Source of the DNA: a virus
Lineage: Duplodnaviria; Heunggongvirae; Uroviricota; Caudoviricetes
IMG/VR virus record: IMGVR_UViG_2850796239_000002
Reading direction: 5' to 3' (one strand)
DNA length: 30,163 nt
In this document: positions 9,302-18,924 of the stretch, piece after piece
Position numbering within the stretch: position 1 is the stretch's first letter
Layout of the letters: each line of letters begins with the position of its first letter
Notes under the pieces: model-generated
What the model was told of the DNA's origin: nothing
What the model saw: the letters and a program-made list of their open reading frames with translations, nothing else
Databases searched by the model: none
Program-made: the position numbers and the translations under genes

Positions 9302-11145
9302 TAACCCTGCTCCACGCTGGTGACGCCAGCCTGCGCACTGAGTCTGACGCCGGGTTGATCCACTCTGACGCTTTTCACGCGGGCATCACCTTCCACCACC
9401 ACACGGATTTCCCCCTGCAATTGTTGCGGAAGGAAAGGATAATTCTGTGTGGGTTGCATACCTGCCCACGGTCGCGGGTCGGCAATGTTCTTGTCACCCA
9501 GCGAATTAAACCAGTCCGTTACCTTACGCCAGACGGACTCGAGCGCTTTCTGGTTATCCTGGCTTTGTTGAGCGAACTCGCGCTCCCACGGGCTGGCGCT
9601 GGCATCACCGGCAACGAATTTTGTAAGGCTGTCAACCTCACCTGGTAGGGCATATTGCGTGGTCAGAAAATCGTAAAACTCCAGAGCACCGGCAATGATG
9701 CCAGCGCCTTTACCTGTCTTTCCTCCACGGTTACCCGAACCTCGTGGATTGCGTGGGTTACGGGGATTGCGCGATGAATCCGGCGCATCCGGCAGACCGC
9801 CGGTATTACCCTTCAGCCCGCCACTGCCCATATTGACCACATACACCGGCATCACGCCGGAGCCGAAAACATCCGTAATACCGCCGGGTATCCCTTTGCC
9901 TTTCCCTTTGGGATTCATGATGTCGTGGATGGTTTTACCGAGCTTGTACGTCTTACGTACGGCGATAATGCCACCCAGCGCAATTGCCATATATTTACCG
10001 ACCTGCAACCAGTTCTGGTCCACGCTGTTGATGGCATCCGCCAGGTCCTGAACGGGTTTTGCCAGATTTTTTTCAGCAAAAACCTCATATTCATTCTTCA
10101 GGGACTGCATCGCAGACTGAAAACTCCGGGCGTTTTTCTCCGCAGCTTTTCTCATGGCACCGGATTCAACCGGGGCGTAAATCATTTTTTCTGTTAGCTG
10201 AAGGGCGTCTTCACTGAGCAGTGCCCTTAATCCACGCATGGAAGTATCCCCGAAAACATCCTGCAAGTTCTGCTCATTAAATTTTGCCCGCCTGACAACG
10301 TCTCTGATTACGTCATAAGGCAGACGGGGTTTTCCTGTGACAGGATCAAGCACATCAACCCCGTTTCTTTTCAGAAACTTGATATTGTCTTTTCGGGTGA
10401 CTTCACTCCAGATACTGTTCAGCGCGGTCACCGCTTCATCCGCAGAGCCGGTTGTTTTTGCCAGCATCTGTTCAAGTGCCCCCAACTGGGCCATCGCCTC
10501 TTTGCCACCACCGGTATAAATCGAAAACAGTTTTGCTGATACACGCGCCAGTTGATCCACACCAACCGAACCAATGGAAAACTGGTGGTAGAAGCGGTCG
10601 AACATGCCTTCAACCTCCTGAGGCGCTTCAATCTGTTTTTCGGACATCTGTGCCATCAGTGCCGCGGCATCCTGTGGCGCAGTCCCGAATGCCTGCGTGG
10701 CCAGCCCCTGATTGCGGATGTTTTTTTCAACAAATTCCGGCTTACCGGTCAGGCCATACAGTGCATCCTGGCCTTCCAGTAAGACCTGGGCACTGAGGCG
10801 AATGTCTGACATTCTGGCGGTTTCCCGGATGTTTTTTCTTAAACGGGATACCTGCTCATCGGTCAGTTTTGCATTTGTACCCGCACGGCGGATTTGCGCA
10901 TCAAAATCTGTCAGGCCTTTAAGGGTCATACCACCACCGAACCCGGCAATCATCGCCGTGTAGCGGTTGCCAAGCGCATCCAGACTGCGCCCGGCAGCCT
11001 CCGTTGTGGCTTTGACCAGGCGCATGGCTTTCTGGTTGTTCCGGGCGAACTGCGACATGTTTGCACCGTACTGCCGGGCTTTGGCGGTCAGGTTCCCGGC
11101 AAGGTTGATCATGATTTCCGTGCTGAGACGGTTACCTGTTGCCAT
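9301..11145 (-). CDS. Tail tape measure protein
   Basis: 614-aa ORF with helical N-terminal region and Gly-rich C-terminal segment; downstream of tube and chaperone genes. Confidence 0.65.
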   Translation of the reverse strand: MATGNRLSTEIMINLAGNLTAKARQYGANMSQFARNNQKAMRLVKATTEAAGRSLDALGNRYTAMIAGFGGGMTLKGLTDFDAQIRRAGTNAKLTDEQVSRLRKNIRETARMSDIRLSAQVLLEGQDALYGLTGKPEFVEKNIRNQGLATQAFGTAPQDAAALMAQMSEKQIEAPQEVEGMFDRFYHQFSIGSVGVDQLARVSAKLFSIYTGGGKEAMAQLGALEQMLAKTTGSADEAVTALNSIWSEVTRKDNIKFLKRNGVDVLDPVTGKPRLPYDVIRDVVRRAKFNEQNLQDVFGDTSMRGLRALLSEDALQLTEKMIYAPVESGAMRKAAEKNARSFQSAMQSLKNEYEVFAEKNLAKPVQDLADAINSVDQNWLQVGKYMAIALGGIIAVRKTYKLGKTIHDIMNPKGKGKGIPGGITDVFGSGVMPVYVVNMGSGGLKGNTGGLPDAPDSSRNPRNPRNPRGSGNRGGKTGKGAGIIAGALEFYDFLTTQYALPGEVDSLTKFVAGDASASPWEREFAQQSQDNQKALESVWRKVTDWFNSLGDKNIADPRPWAGMQPTQNYPFLPQQLQGEIRVVVEGDARVKSVRVDQPGVRLSAQAGVTSVEQG

Positions 11146-11231
11146 GCTGTTTCTCCAGTTGCTTTATCAGGCGGAACAGCTGCCGCAGGGGCAGCTGTTC
11201 CAGGTACTGAATGCTGAATCGCGAAGACAGG

Positions 11232-11627
11232 TTAACCAGCAGGTTCATCAGTGCCGCCGCCAGCGGCATCAGTTCGCCCCCGCGTTGCCACCTCCTCAAG
11301 CATGTCATCCAGCACAGCCGCTTTCGTGCTGATAAGCTCAAGGTCTGCCGGGTGGAGCATTCGCAGCTGTTTCATGTCCAGCGGGCCGGGGATATTACCG
11401 ATTGACGCAACCTGACGGCGCATCATCTCCAGTCCCATCAGCACCTCAGAACAGTAGGCCACCGCCTTTCCGTTCCCGCCCATGACGACGCGTTCTGCGG
11501 CCAGTTGCGCATCAATCACATCACTGGCGGTCAGTTCGCGCAGTTTCACGGTTTTATGCAGGGTTTCATCTGCCGTGCCTTTGCCGGTCAGAAGCCCGTG
11601 TTTCAGTTCAAATTCCATTGCGGCCAT
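11232..11627 (-). CDS. Tail assembly chaperone (Mu gp41-like)
   Basis: 131-aa ORF between tail tube and tape measure; a second ORF (11132..11341) in the +1 frame spans the gap to the tape measure start. Confidence 0.45.
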   Translation of the reverse strand: MAAMEFELKHGLLTGKGTADETLHKTVKLRELTASDVIDAQLAAERVVMGGNGKAVAYCSEVLMGLEMMRRQVASIGNIPGPLDMKQLRMLHPADLELISTKAAVLDDMLEEVATRGRTDAAGGGTDEPAG

Positions 11628-11628
11628 G

Positions 11629-11985
11629 TCACACCTTCACGCATTTTTCACCGATAAAGTTGGCACTGATGGTGCCGGAATCCTCGTCCAGCTCTGCCGG
11701 GTTATCCGTGGCGGAACCCGTCATCATGTAGTTCAGGCCGTTGTCGCCGTAGAACATCACCGTGACATCTTCCCAGCTGCTGATTTCAATCACGTCCATA
11801 TCCGCTGCCGCCGCAATGGTTACCTTGATGGACGGCGAGGCCATCTTGCTGGAGATACCCCAGACCTTGCCGCCGCCCATATGCTGGGTGCGGCTGAAGC
11901 CGCCCGGATTCAGCGTGGATTTCCCCTCGGTTTTAATTTCGCGGCCATTCACGCGAATGGTCGCCATGCCAAGAATTTTTGCCAT
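11629..11985 (-). CDS. Tail tube protein (Mu gp40/M-like)
   Basis: 118-aa ORF directly downstream of the sheath gene. Confidence 0.55.
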   Translation of the reverse strand: MAKILGMATIRVNGREIKTEGKSTLNPGGFSRTQHMGGGKVWGISSKMASPSIKVTIAAAADMDVIEISSWEDVTVMFYGDNGLNYMMTGSATDNPAELDEDSGTISANFIGEKCVKV

Positions 11986-11994
11986 GTGGCCCCC

Positions 11995-13470
11995 TTAAAG
12001 CTTGAACTGAATCAGGCCTGCCAGCACACGCAACTGGTTCACCAGATTCGGGTGGCAGATAAAGTTCAGGCGGTTTTTATCGCTGCTGTCGCGTGTCACC
12101 TGAAGCGTGTCCCTGTAATCGCTGAAGTTTTCCACAAGGCCCGCCGGGAGAAGTTCGGTCTGGCAGATATCCAGCAGCTCTGCAGTGCACAGCTTCGGCG
12201 TCATCACCGGCTGCCCCGCATCCAGCGAGTCCAGCACGTCATCATCCGCCAGCTTGTGGCGCGGATAACGGTTCGAGAAACGGTTTTTAATGATGTAACG
12301 GATACGGCCCAGCGTGGCGGGTGACTGCACATCAAGATACGACACATCCGCATCACCGTACTGGTTAACCCGGTACATGGTGATTTCACGCTCGATGCAG
12401 ACGTTATCCCCGGCGTCCACCATGTGCGTGGCAATGCCGTCATGCAGCAGCAGGTTACGTTCCGGCATATCCCAGCGAACATTACGCGCAGGCGGCAGAA
12501 TGCCGGTCAGGACCAGCGTCTGAAGCGGACGCGCCGGGTCAATGGCAAGGTGATACGCTGCCGTTGCGCCGTATGACGCGGCCCACATCCACGCCGGATG
12601 CGGCGACAGGTTGGTGCCGATGCAGCTAATCAGCCAGTCATTGCGGGTTTCACCAAACGTGCCGGTTTCCCCGTGCGTGCCACAAAACGCCGTCCACAGC
12701 TGCGCTTCCATCATTTTGAGCGGCCCCCAGCGGTTCAGCAGTTCATCACGCAGGGTGTTCAGGCTTTTCGTGTCGGTGAACGGGGCGATGATATCGGTAA
12801 ACCACTCCGGGCCGATGGCCGCAACGGCGTCTGCCATTTCCGGTGTCCCGGTGCCGCTGGTAAACGCGGTTGCGGTCACCTTCACACCTGCCGGGAAGGC
12901 TTCACCGGTGTGGTAGTTCAGGCGAACGTCGGCACCGTTGCCGGTGACGCCGTGCCAGTTCACGGTCAGCTCCACGGTATCCGTGGCATCATCCTTCACC
13001 GCAGCGGCCACCTGCGTGGCAGGCTTTTTCGTCACCGCATCAGCAATGGCTTTTGCAATGTTTTCCTTCGTATCCCCGGCGCTCACGCTCACCTGAACGG
13101 ACACACCGTTAATCAGCAGTGCCACCGTTCCGGCTTCGGTCGCTGTACCCAGCACGGTCAGCGTGGCTTTTGCGGCAGCGCCTTCAGGAGCGGCAACCGG
13201 CATCGCCCAGGTTTCCGTGTACGTGTTGGCACGACGCAGCATTTTGAGCATTTCAGCCAGCATCGACCCTTTGCCATAAAGCTGGTCTGCCTGGCTGTCA
13301 CTGGTGATACGGGTCAGTGACAGGGCGTCTGCGCTGCCGGACGATACCGCATGGCCCATGACCAGAATTTTTCGGCTTTGCGCGGATGCACCCTCCAGCG
13401 CCTGTGAATTGTCGATATCGATCCAGACAAGCGGGACGCGGATATCATCAGGAATGGAACCCAGCGACAT
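11995..13470 (-). CDS. Contractile tail sheath protein (Mu gp39/L-like)
   Basis: 491-aa ORF, first gene of the sheath-tube-chaperone-tape measure block. Confidence 0.7.
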   Translation of the reverse strand: MSLGSIPDDIRVPLVWIDIDNSQALEGASAQSRKILVMGHAVSSGSADALSLTRITSDSQADQLYGKGSMLAEMLKMLRRANTYTETWAMPVAAPEGAAAKATLTVLGTATEAGTVALLINGVSVQVSVSAGDTKENIAKAIADAVTKKPATQVAAAVKDDATDTVELTVNWHGVTGNGADVRLNYHTGEAFPAGVKVTATAFTSGTGTPEMADAVAAIGPEWFTDIIAPFTDTKSLNTLRDELLNRWGPLKMMEAQLWTAFCGTHGETGTFGETRNDWLISCIGTNLSPHPAWMWAASYGATAAYHLAIDPARPLQTLVLTGILPPARNVRWDMPERNLLLHDGIATHMVDAGDNVCIEREITMYRVNQYGDADVSYLDVQSPATLGRIRYIIKNRFSNRYPRHKLADDDVLDSLDAGQPVMTPKLCTAELLDICQTELLPAGLVENFSDYRDTLQVTRDSSDKNRLNFICHPNLVNQLRVLAGLIQFKL

Positions 13471-13632
13471 TATTTTTTCCCTCTGGTTTTGTTGTTATTT
13501 TTCGGAAGTGTGGTTATTTCCACATCTCCCTCGGCTTCACGGCGCAGCCAGTAAGCGCAGACGTTGAGTGAGGTAGCCTGAGTTTAACGGACACTCCTTC
13601 CTGAAATAGAATGGCATCAGAAGGAGCTAATA

Positions 13633-13935
13633 ATGAGCAGAAAAACCCAACGTTACTCTAAAGAGTTCAAAGCCGAAGCTGTCAGAACGGTTCTTGAAAA
13701 TCAACTTTCGATCAGTGAAGGCGCTTCCCGATTATCCCTTCCTGAAGGCACTTTAGGACAATGGGTTACCGCCGCCAGAAAAGGGCTCGGTACTCCTGGT
13801 TCCCGCACGGTGGCTGAACTGGAATCTGAAATTCTGCAACTGCGTAAGGCGTTAAATGAAGCTCGCCTTGAGCGAGATATATTAAAAAAAGCAACAGCGT
13901 ATTTTGCACAGGAGTCGCTGAAAAATACGCGTTAA
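13633..13935 (+). CDS. IS600 OrfA (IS3-family HTH protein, 100 aa)
   Basis: MSRKTQRYSKEFKAEAVRTV... IS3-family OrfA; slippery run AAAAAAAG at 13884..13891 near its 3' end. Confidence 0.85.
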   Translation: MSRKTQRYSKEFKAEAVRTVLENQLSISEGASRLSLPEGTLGQWVTAARKGLGTPGSRTVAELESEILQLRKALNEARLERDILKKATAYFAQESLKNTR

Positions 13936-13970
13936 TCGAACAATGGCGACAACAATTTCCCATTGAAGCG

Positions 13971-14789
13971 ATGTGTCAGGTATTTGGTGTATCCAGGAGC
14001 GGTTATTACAACTGGGTACAGCATGAACCCTCAGACAGAAAACAAAGTGATGAGCGGCTAAAACTGGAGATTAAGGTGGCACATATCCGCACTCGCGAAA
14101 CATATGGAACCCGGCGGCTCCAGACGGAGCTGGCAGAGAATGGCATCATCGTTGGTCGTGACCGACTGGCACGTCTTCGTAAGGAGCTAAGGCTACGCTG
14201 TAAGCAGAAACGCAAGTTCAGAGCGACTACGAACCCGAACCACAATCTGCCAGTTGCGCCAAATCTGCTGAACCAGACGTTCGCTCCTACAGCACCAAAT
14301 CAGGTCTGGGTGGCGGACCTGACGTATGTTGCCACACAGGAGGGATGGTTGTACCTCGCTGGCATCAAAGATGTTTATACGTGCGAAATTGTCGGCTACG
14401 CCATGGGAGAGCGCATGACAAAAGAGCTGACAGGTAAAGCCCTGTTTATGGCGCTCAGGAGCCAGCGCCCACCTGCCGGGCTAATCCACCACTCTGATCG
14501 AGGTTCACAGTACTGCGCATACGATTACCGGGTCATACAGGAGCAGTTTGGTCTGAAAACATCAATGTCGCGTAAAGGTAACTGTTACGACAACGCTCCG
14601 ATGGAAAGCTTCTGGGGAACGCTGAAAAATGAGAGCCTGAGCCACTATCGTTTTAATAACCGGGATGAAGCCATCTCAGTAATACGGGAATACATTGAGA
14701 TTTTCTACAATCGTCAGCGTCGTCACTCTCGTCTGGGGAATATCTCCCCGGCAGCCTTCAGGGAAAAATATCATCAGATGGCTGCTTAA
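13971..14789 (+). CDS. IS600 OrfB (DDE transposase catalytic domain; expressed as OrfAB fusion by programmed -1 frameshift)
   Basis: 272-aa ORF in the -1 frame relative to orfA; the frame is open back to the slippery site (...KSNSVFCTGVAEKYALIEQWRQQFPIEAMCQVFGV...). Confidence 0.85.
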   Translation: MCQVFGVSRSGYYNWVQHEPSDRKQSDERLKLEIKVAHIRTRETYGTRRLQTELAENGIIVGRDRLARLRKELRLRCKQKRKFRATTNPNHNLPVAPNLLNQTFAPTAPNQVWVADLTYVATQEGWLYLAGIKDVYTCEIVGYAMGERMTKELTGKALFMALRSQRPPAGLIHHSDRGSQYCAYDYRVIQEQFGLKTSMSRKGNCYDNAPMESFWGTLKNESLSHYRFNNRDEAISVIREYIEIFYNRQRRHSRLGNISPAAFREKYHQMAA

Positions 14790-14902
14790 AAAAAGAACAA
14801 ATGGTAGTGTCCGCTATTGCCAGTACACCTCAGAGACGTTCCTCTTCCGGGGATAAATGTGCGCCATCCGGTTTACGGACACGGACGTTTTCCCGCGCTG
14901 GC

Positions 14903-15229
14903 TTAATCAGTTTCTGTTCCATCGTCACCCCGTACATGGATCACGTCGTTAATTTCAGTGTGTTCGCCGCTGCGCAGTGTCGCCCCGAGGCGCAGGAAAT
15001 CCGGGAGCGCGGCGAGATCAATCTCTTCATCCAGCCGGAATTCCTGCTCCCACGTCACCGCCCACATGGTGACACCCAGCCCGTCGAGGCTGACGGAGTA
15101 AATGTTGTCTGCCCGCACATCAGCAGCCATGCGTTCAGCCCCCATGCCCGCTGTGGCATCCGACGACAGCAGGCGTTTGATCACCTTTCCGGCCAGCACT
15201 TCACAGCGCACGTCGCGGGAATACCCCAC
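14903..15229 (-). CDS. Hypothetical phage protein (gp38-region); may be the 3' part of a frameshifted gene or a shorter gene starting at an internal Met (~15145)
   Basis: Minus-strand ORF just upstream of the IS600 insertion; overlaps the next ORF by 49 bp in another frame. Confidence 0.3.
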   Translation of the reverse strand: MGYSRDVRCEVLAGKVIKRLLSSDATAGMGAERMAADVRADNIYSVSLDGLGVTMWAVTWEQEFRLDEEIDLAALPDFLRLGATLRSGEHTEINDVIHVRGDDGTETD

Positions 15230-15513
15230 GAATCCGTCGCCATGATGTAAGCCACCCAGGTGACCAGACCGGACAGCCCGCCGCGCGGGTTGATATCCCG
15301 GACACGCAGGGCCGCGACACGGATACAGCCGGTGCGACCGGACAGATAGCGTTTCACTTCATCCGGGCTGTTGAACTGGCCGATGTGACGCTCCACCACG
15401 TCAGCCCGGTCAGGGGTGTCCCCCTGAAGGGCCGTCTGCAGCCAGGCCACAATGTGCTCTGCGGCCGCAACGGTGCTCCCCGGTGTGCGCAGTTCAGGGC
15501 GTTGTTCTGTCAT
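15181..15513 (-). CDS. Hypothetical phage protein (gp38-region)
   Basis: 110-aa ORF with start overlapping the stop of the upstream 181-aa gene. Confidence 0.35.
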   Translation of the reverse strand: MTEQRPELRTPGSTVAAAEHIVAWLQTALQGDTPDRADVVERHIGQFNSPDEVKRYLSGRTGCIRVAALRVRDINPRGGLSGLVTWVAYIMATDSWGIPATCAVKCWPER

Positions 15514-16055
15514 GGCAGAACCTCCTTCCAGAAATGACTGATAACCTGTTGCAGCTCCTGCTGGCTGGCAGAAGACAGCCCCAGAAATTCACGTTGCGGA
15601 ATGTTCATCATGCGGTGATGTGCGCCGACGGTCTGCCAGACCGGATATTTCAGCGCCCGCCCGAAACACTGCGAGATAAGCCGTTTGTGGGCGCTGACCG
15701 GCACGCTGCCGGAAAAGCCGTCATTCATGATGCGGGCATAATCCAGCGGTGAACCGATACGCACCACGCGGTTTTCCACGATGTACTGGATACTCTCCAG
15801 CAGATGGCCTTCACCGCGCAGCAGACTCTGGTTGCCGTGGCGGGTCTTTTTGTACCCGTCAGACCAGTCCGGCCAGCGTTCGCCACCCGGACTGGTTTTC
15901 TCATCGATGATGCGGCGGCGGGTCTGTGATTCCACCACCGCACCGATGCTTTCCAGCAGCTCTGACTGCAATGAACCCTCTGCCAGCTTTTCAACGGCGC
16001 GGCGGATATCCTCCAGACGCCGGTCACCGCTGACCTGTACAGAAATCCCCATCAC
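15510..16055 (-). CDS. Virion morphogenesis / tail completion-like protein (Mu gp37-like)
   Basis: 181-aa ORF in the head-tail joining region with stop/start coupling; family assignment from memory, moderate. Confidence 0.45.
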   Translation of the reverse strand: MMGISVQVSGDRRLEDIRRAVEKLAEGSLQSELLESIGAVVESQTRRRIIDEKTSPGGERWPDWSDGYKKTRHGNQSLLRGEGHLLESIQYIVENRVVRIGSPLDYARIMNDGFSGSVPVSAHKRLISQCFGRALKYPVWQTVGAHHRMMNIPQREFLGLSSASQQELQQVISHFWKEVLP

Positions 16056-16489
16056 AGCACCCCTTTCAGGTTGTTACGGGTGAACAGCCGGGCATTGGCA
16101 CCCACCACAATAATTTTCCCGTTGTCGGTTTCTGCCGGGGTGGCATACGTCGGCAGGCCCAGGTCACGGGTGCCGTTCGCCATTTCACGCAGGGTTTTAA
16201 TGGCGTCGTCGTAGCGTTTCTGGATCAGCTCCGTGATTTGATTGTCACGCTCTGATAACCAGTAAAACGCCAGCGATACCGCCACGCGTTGCAGCGGGCG
16301 CGGGATTTCCGTCACCCCCAGCGGCAGCTGGTAGCGGCGGGACAGAAACGAATCAATTTCCGCTTCCGCATCACTGATGGCCTGACGGATTTTGTCTTCA
16401 TCCAGCCCGTTGGTTTCCCGGTTAATCGCCATGTTCCAGACAAGATTGCCGTCCGCGCGTAACAGGTCTTCCTGCGTGATGTATCCCAT
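16052..16489 (-). CDS. Mu gp36-like protein (DUF1320-type head-tail connector region protein)
   Basis: 145-aa ORF in Mu order upstream of the gp37-like gene. Confidence 0.45.
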   Translation of the reverse strand: MGYITQEDLLRADGNLVWNMAINRETNGLDEDKIRQAISDAEAEIDSFLSRRYQLPLGVTEIPRPLQRVAVSLAFYWLSERDNQITELIQKRYDDAIKTLREMANGTRDLGLPTYATPAETDNGKIIVVGANARLFTRNNLKGVL

Positions 16490-16795
16490 CAGCCTTTCTC
16501 CGCTTCCCGGACAATCAGATTCGGCTCTGCCATCAGGCGGGTGGCAACCGCAACGCTCACCGCCACATCCTCACCGATATGTGACCAGAAACGGCCACAG
16601 CGCCAGAACCCGTTTTCAGACACGGCCCTGACGTTCAGCCGGACAGGGGCGTCACCCTGTACAGCAACCGGGTCTTCAGCCGGACGTGGTTCATTCGCCT
16701 GACCGTCAGCCACAATAACGTCTGCCAGCGGTGCCGGGTTTTCCTGTGCAGCGCTGTTCTTTGCGGCTTTCGCGCCTTTGGTTTCTGCTTTTTCA
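16489..16795 (-). pseudogene. 5'-truncated phage gene (head-proximal); reading frame is open up to the IS66-family element boundary
   Basis: The frame containing 16489..16713 stays open on the minus strand through 16795 (…EKAETKGAKAAKNSAAQENPAPLADVIVADGQANEPRP…) and runs straight into the IS terminal repeat at 16796. Confidence 0.45.
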
Positions 16796-16827
16796 GTAAG
16801 CGCCCCGAGAAGTACGTAGCGTAAGGA

Positions 16828-18428
16828 TTATTTTACAGACGAGAAGTTCCAGGGCAGCAGTTCATGCACTTGGTTCGACGGCCAGTCATTGAGCTTCTCG
16901 ATCACTTCGCGCAACCAGTCCTCCGGCTCCACTTCGTTCTGTTTGCAGGTGACCAGCAGACTGTAGATGATCGCCGCACTTTCTCCTCCCTTGTCTGAGC
17001 CGAAAAAGAGATAATTTTTTCTTCCAACCGCCACCGATCGTAACGCGTTTTCACCGATGTTGTTGTCTATTTCCACCCAGCCGTCACGACAGAACTCGTT
17101 CAGCGCATTCCAGTGATTCAGGATATAGTCGAACGCCTTCGCCATCTCCGCATGTTTCGACAGCGTTTTCCTCTGCAATTGTATCCAGTCGTACAACGAC
17201 TGCATCAACTGGACGCTTCTGGCTTTTCTGACTGCAAGCCGTTCCTCTGCCGGACTGCCACGTATCTCCGCTTCTATGTCGTATAACTCTGCTATCCGTC
17301 TGAGCGCTTCCTGAGTCATTTCTGTCGGACGGCGCACATCCTCGTCATGGATTTTTCGGCGGGCGTGGGCCAGGCACCCGGCTTCCTTCACCCGGCCCGT
17401 TTCGTACAGTACGTTATAACCTGCATAGGCATCAGCCTGCAGTACGCCCTGATACTTTGCCAGGTGGAGCTGCGGATGTTCTCCTTTGCGATCTGCCGAA
17501 TACGCGAACCAGACGGCTGCCGGCAGGGATGAACCCGCATTACGATCATCCCTGACGTATACCCACAGACGACCCGTTTTCGTCTTTCCGTTCCCCGGGG
17601 CCAGTACTTTCACCGGAGTGTCATCTGCGTGCACCTTTCCTGCCTCCAGAACATAGTCATTCAGCGCTATATACAGAGGACGGAGTTTGTCTGCCATTTC
17701 TGATACCCAGCGCACCATGGTATTACGGCTCAGCTCCACGCCCTGTCGCGCGTATATTTCTGACTGGCGATATAAAGGGATATGTTCCATATATTTGCTG
17801 ACCAGGATCCGTGCAAGTAACCCTGCACTGGCATAACCGCGTTCGATCGGTTTAGGGGAAGTGGTGCCTGAACGATGACATCACACCGGCTACAGGCCAG
17901 TTTGGGACGTATGGTTTCGATAACTTTAAAGGCGGTATTAATGATATCCAGTTGCTCTGAGATTGTTTCCCCCATTTCTTTCAGAACACCTCCACAGGCC
18001 GGGCAACTGGTTTCAGCAGGCAGAAGGCGATGTGTCTCCCGGGGAAGTTCTGCCGGCAGCGGTTTTCGTGAAGATTTTCGTCCCGGGGATTCAGGCTTAC
18101 TGGCGATCGGGTTTTCTGACGGGGGACTGGTGTCAGGTGAATCTGTGACTGACGATGCATCTTCCAGAAGATTTCTGGCTGTGTTCAGCCGGTTTTCCAG
18201 TTCCGACAGTCGTTTTTCTGCCTGTCGGATCTGATTTTCAAGCTTATGACGCTTTTTCTCTGAACTCTGGCCGAACAACATACGACGCAACCTGTCGAGT
18301 TGCGCTTTCAGCCGTTCAATTTCCTGCTCATAGCCCGCGACCTGACAGGCATACTGTCGAAGCCGACTCTGTTGCTTACGCAACATGGCTTTAAGCAGCT
18401 CAATATCATCGGGGAGTTCATTGTTCAT
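16828..18428 (-). pseudogene. IS66-family transposase TnpC, split into 232-aa and 320-aa ORFs by a frameshift near 17730..17790
   Basis: Two overlapping ORFs in different frames whose combined length (~530 aa) matches IS66 TnpC; N-terminal coiled-coil plus Cys pair, C-terminal DDE-type domain. Confidence 0.65.
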
Positions 18429-18447
18429 TCCCTTGTTTTATCACGGG

Positions 18448-18795
18448 TTATATCCGGATGCCAGGCCGTTCTGTCCGTTTGGGATGTTGCCACGCGATCC
18501 CCTCCAGTAGCATGGATAACTGAGCTGGCGTCAGGTGCACTTTCCCTTCCCGGGTCACCGGCCAGACGAAGCGGCCCCGTTCCAGGCGTTTGGCGAACAG
18601 GCATAACCCGTCACGATCGGCCCACAGTATTTTCACCATTTTGCCACTGCGGCCCCGGAAGACGAAGATATGCCCGGAGAACGGGTCATCTTTCAGCGTG
18701 TTCTGCACCTTCGAAGCCAGGCCATTGAAGCCACAACGCATATCTGTGATGCCAGCGATGATCCAGATTTTGGTACCGGTCGGCAGCGTTATCAT
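18448..18795 (-). CDS. IS66-family TnpB (orf2)
   Basis: 115-aa ORF MITLPTGTKIWIIAGITDMRCGFNGLA... typical of IS66 orf2; its ATG overlaps the upstream tnpA stop (ATGA). Confidence 0.75.
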   Translation of the reverse strand: MITLPTGTKIWIIAGITDMRCGFNGLASKVQNTLKDDPFSGHIFVFRGRSGKMVKILWADRDGLCLFAKRLERGRFVWPVTREGKVHLTPAQLSMLLEGIAWQHPKRTERPGIRI

Positions 18796-18924
18796 CGGAT
18801 ACCCCCTTTCATTTCGCGGATTAGCGCCCGTAACAGTTCCGGAGTGAGAGGGTCAAACAGTTTTACCACACCTGATTTAAGATGCAGCTCGCACCGTGGG
18901 ACGTTTCCGGGAGCCCCCTCAGGG

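Larger units (their letters stand above)
13569..14832 (+). mobile_element. IS600 (IS3 family), 1264 bp, flanked by a 3-bp direct repeat GAG (13566..13568 and 14833..14835)
   Basis: Terminal inverted repeats TGAGGTAGCCTGAG...CGGACACTCC (left) and rc TGAGGTGTACTGGCAATAGCGGACACTACC (right); orfA/orfB pair in 0/-1 frames with an A7G slippery run; length matches the remembered IS600 size. Confidence 0.85.

Noticed and set aside
7330-13320. Long plus-strand ORFs antisense to the phage tail genes (e.g. 7330..7806, 8757..9188, 11482..12324, 12598..13320)
   Set aside because: They lie antisense within a contiguous, syntenic minus-strand operon and have Arg/Ala/Pro-rich low-complexity translations typical of antisense frames in GC-rich genes.
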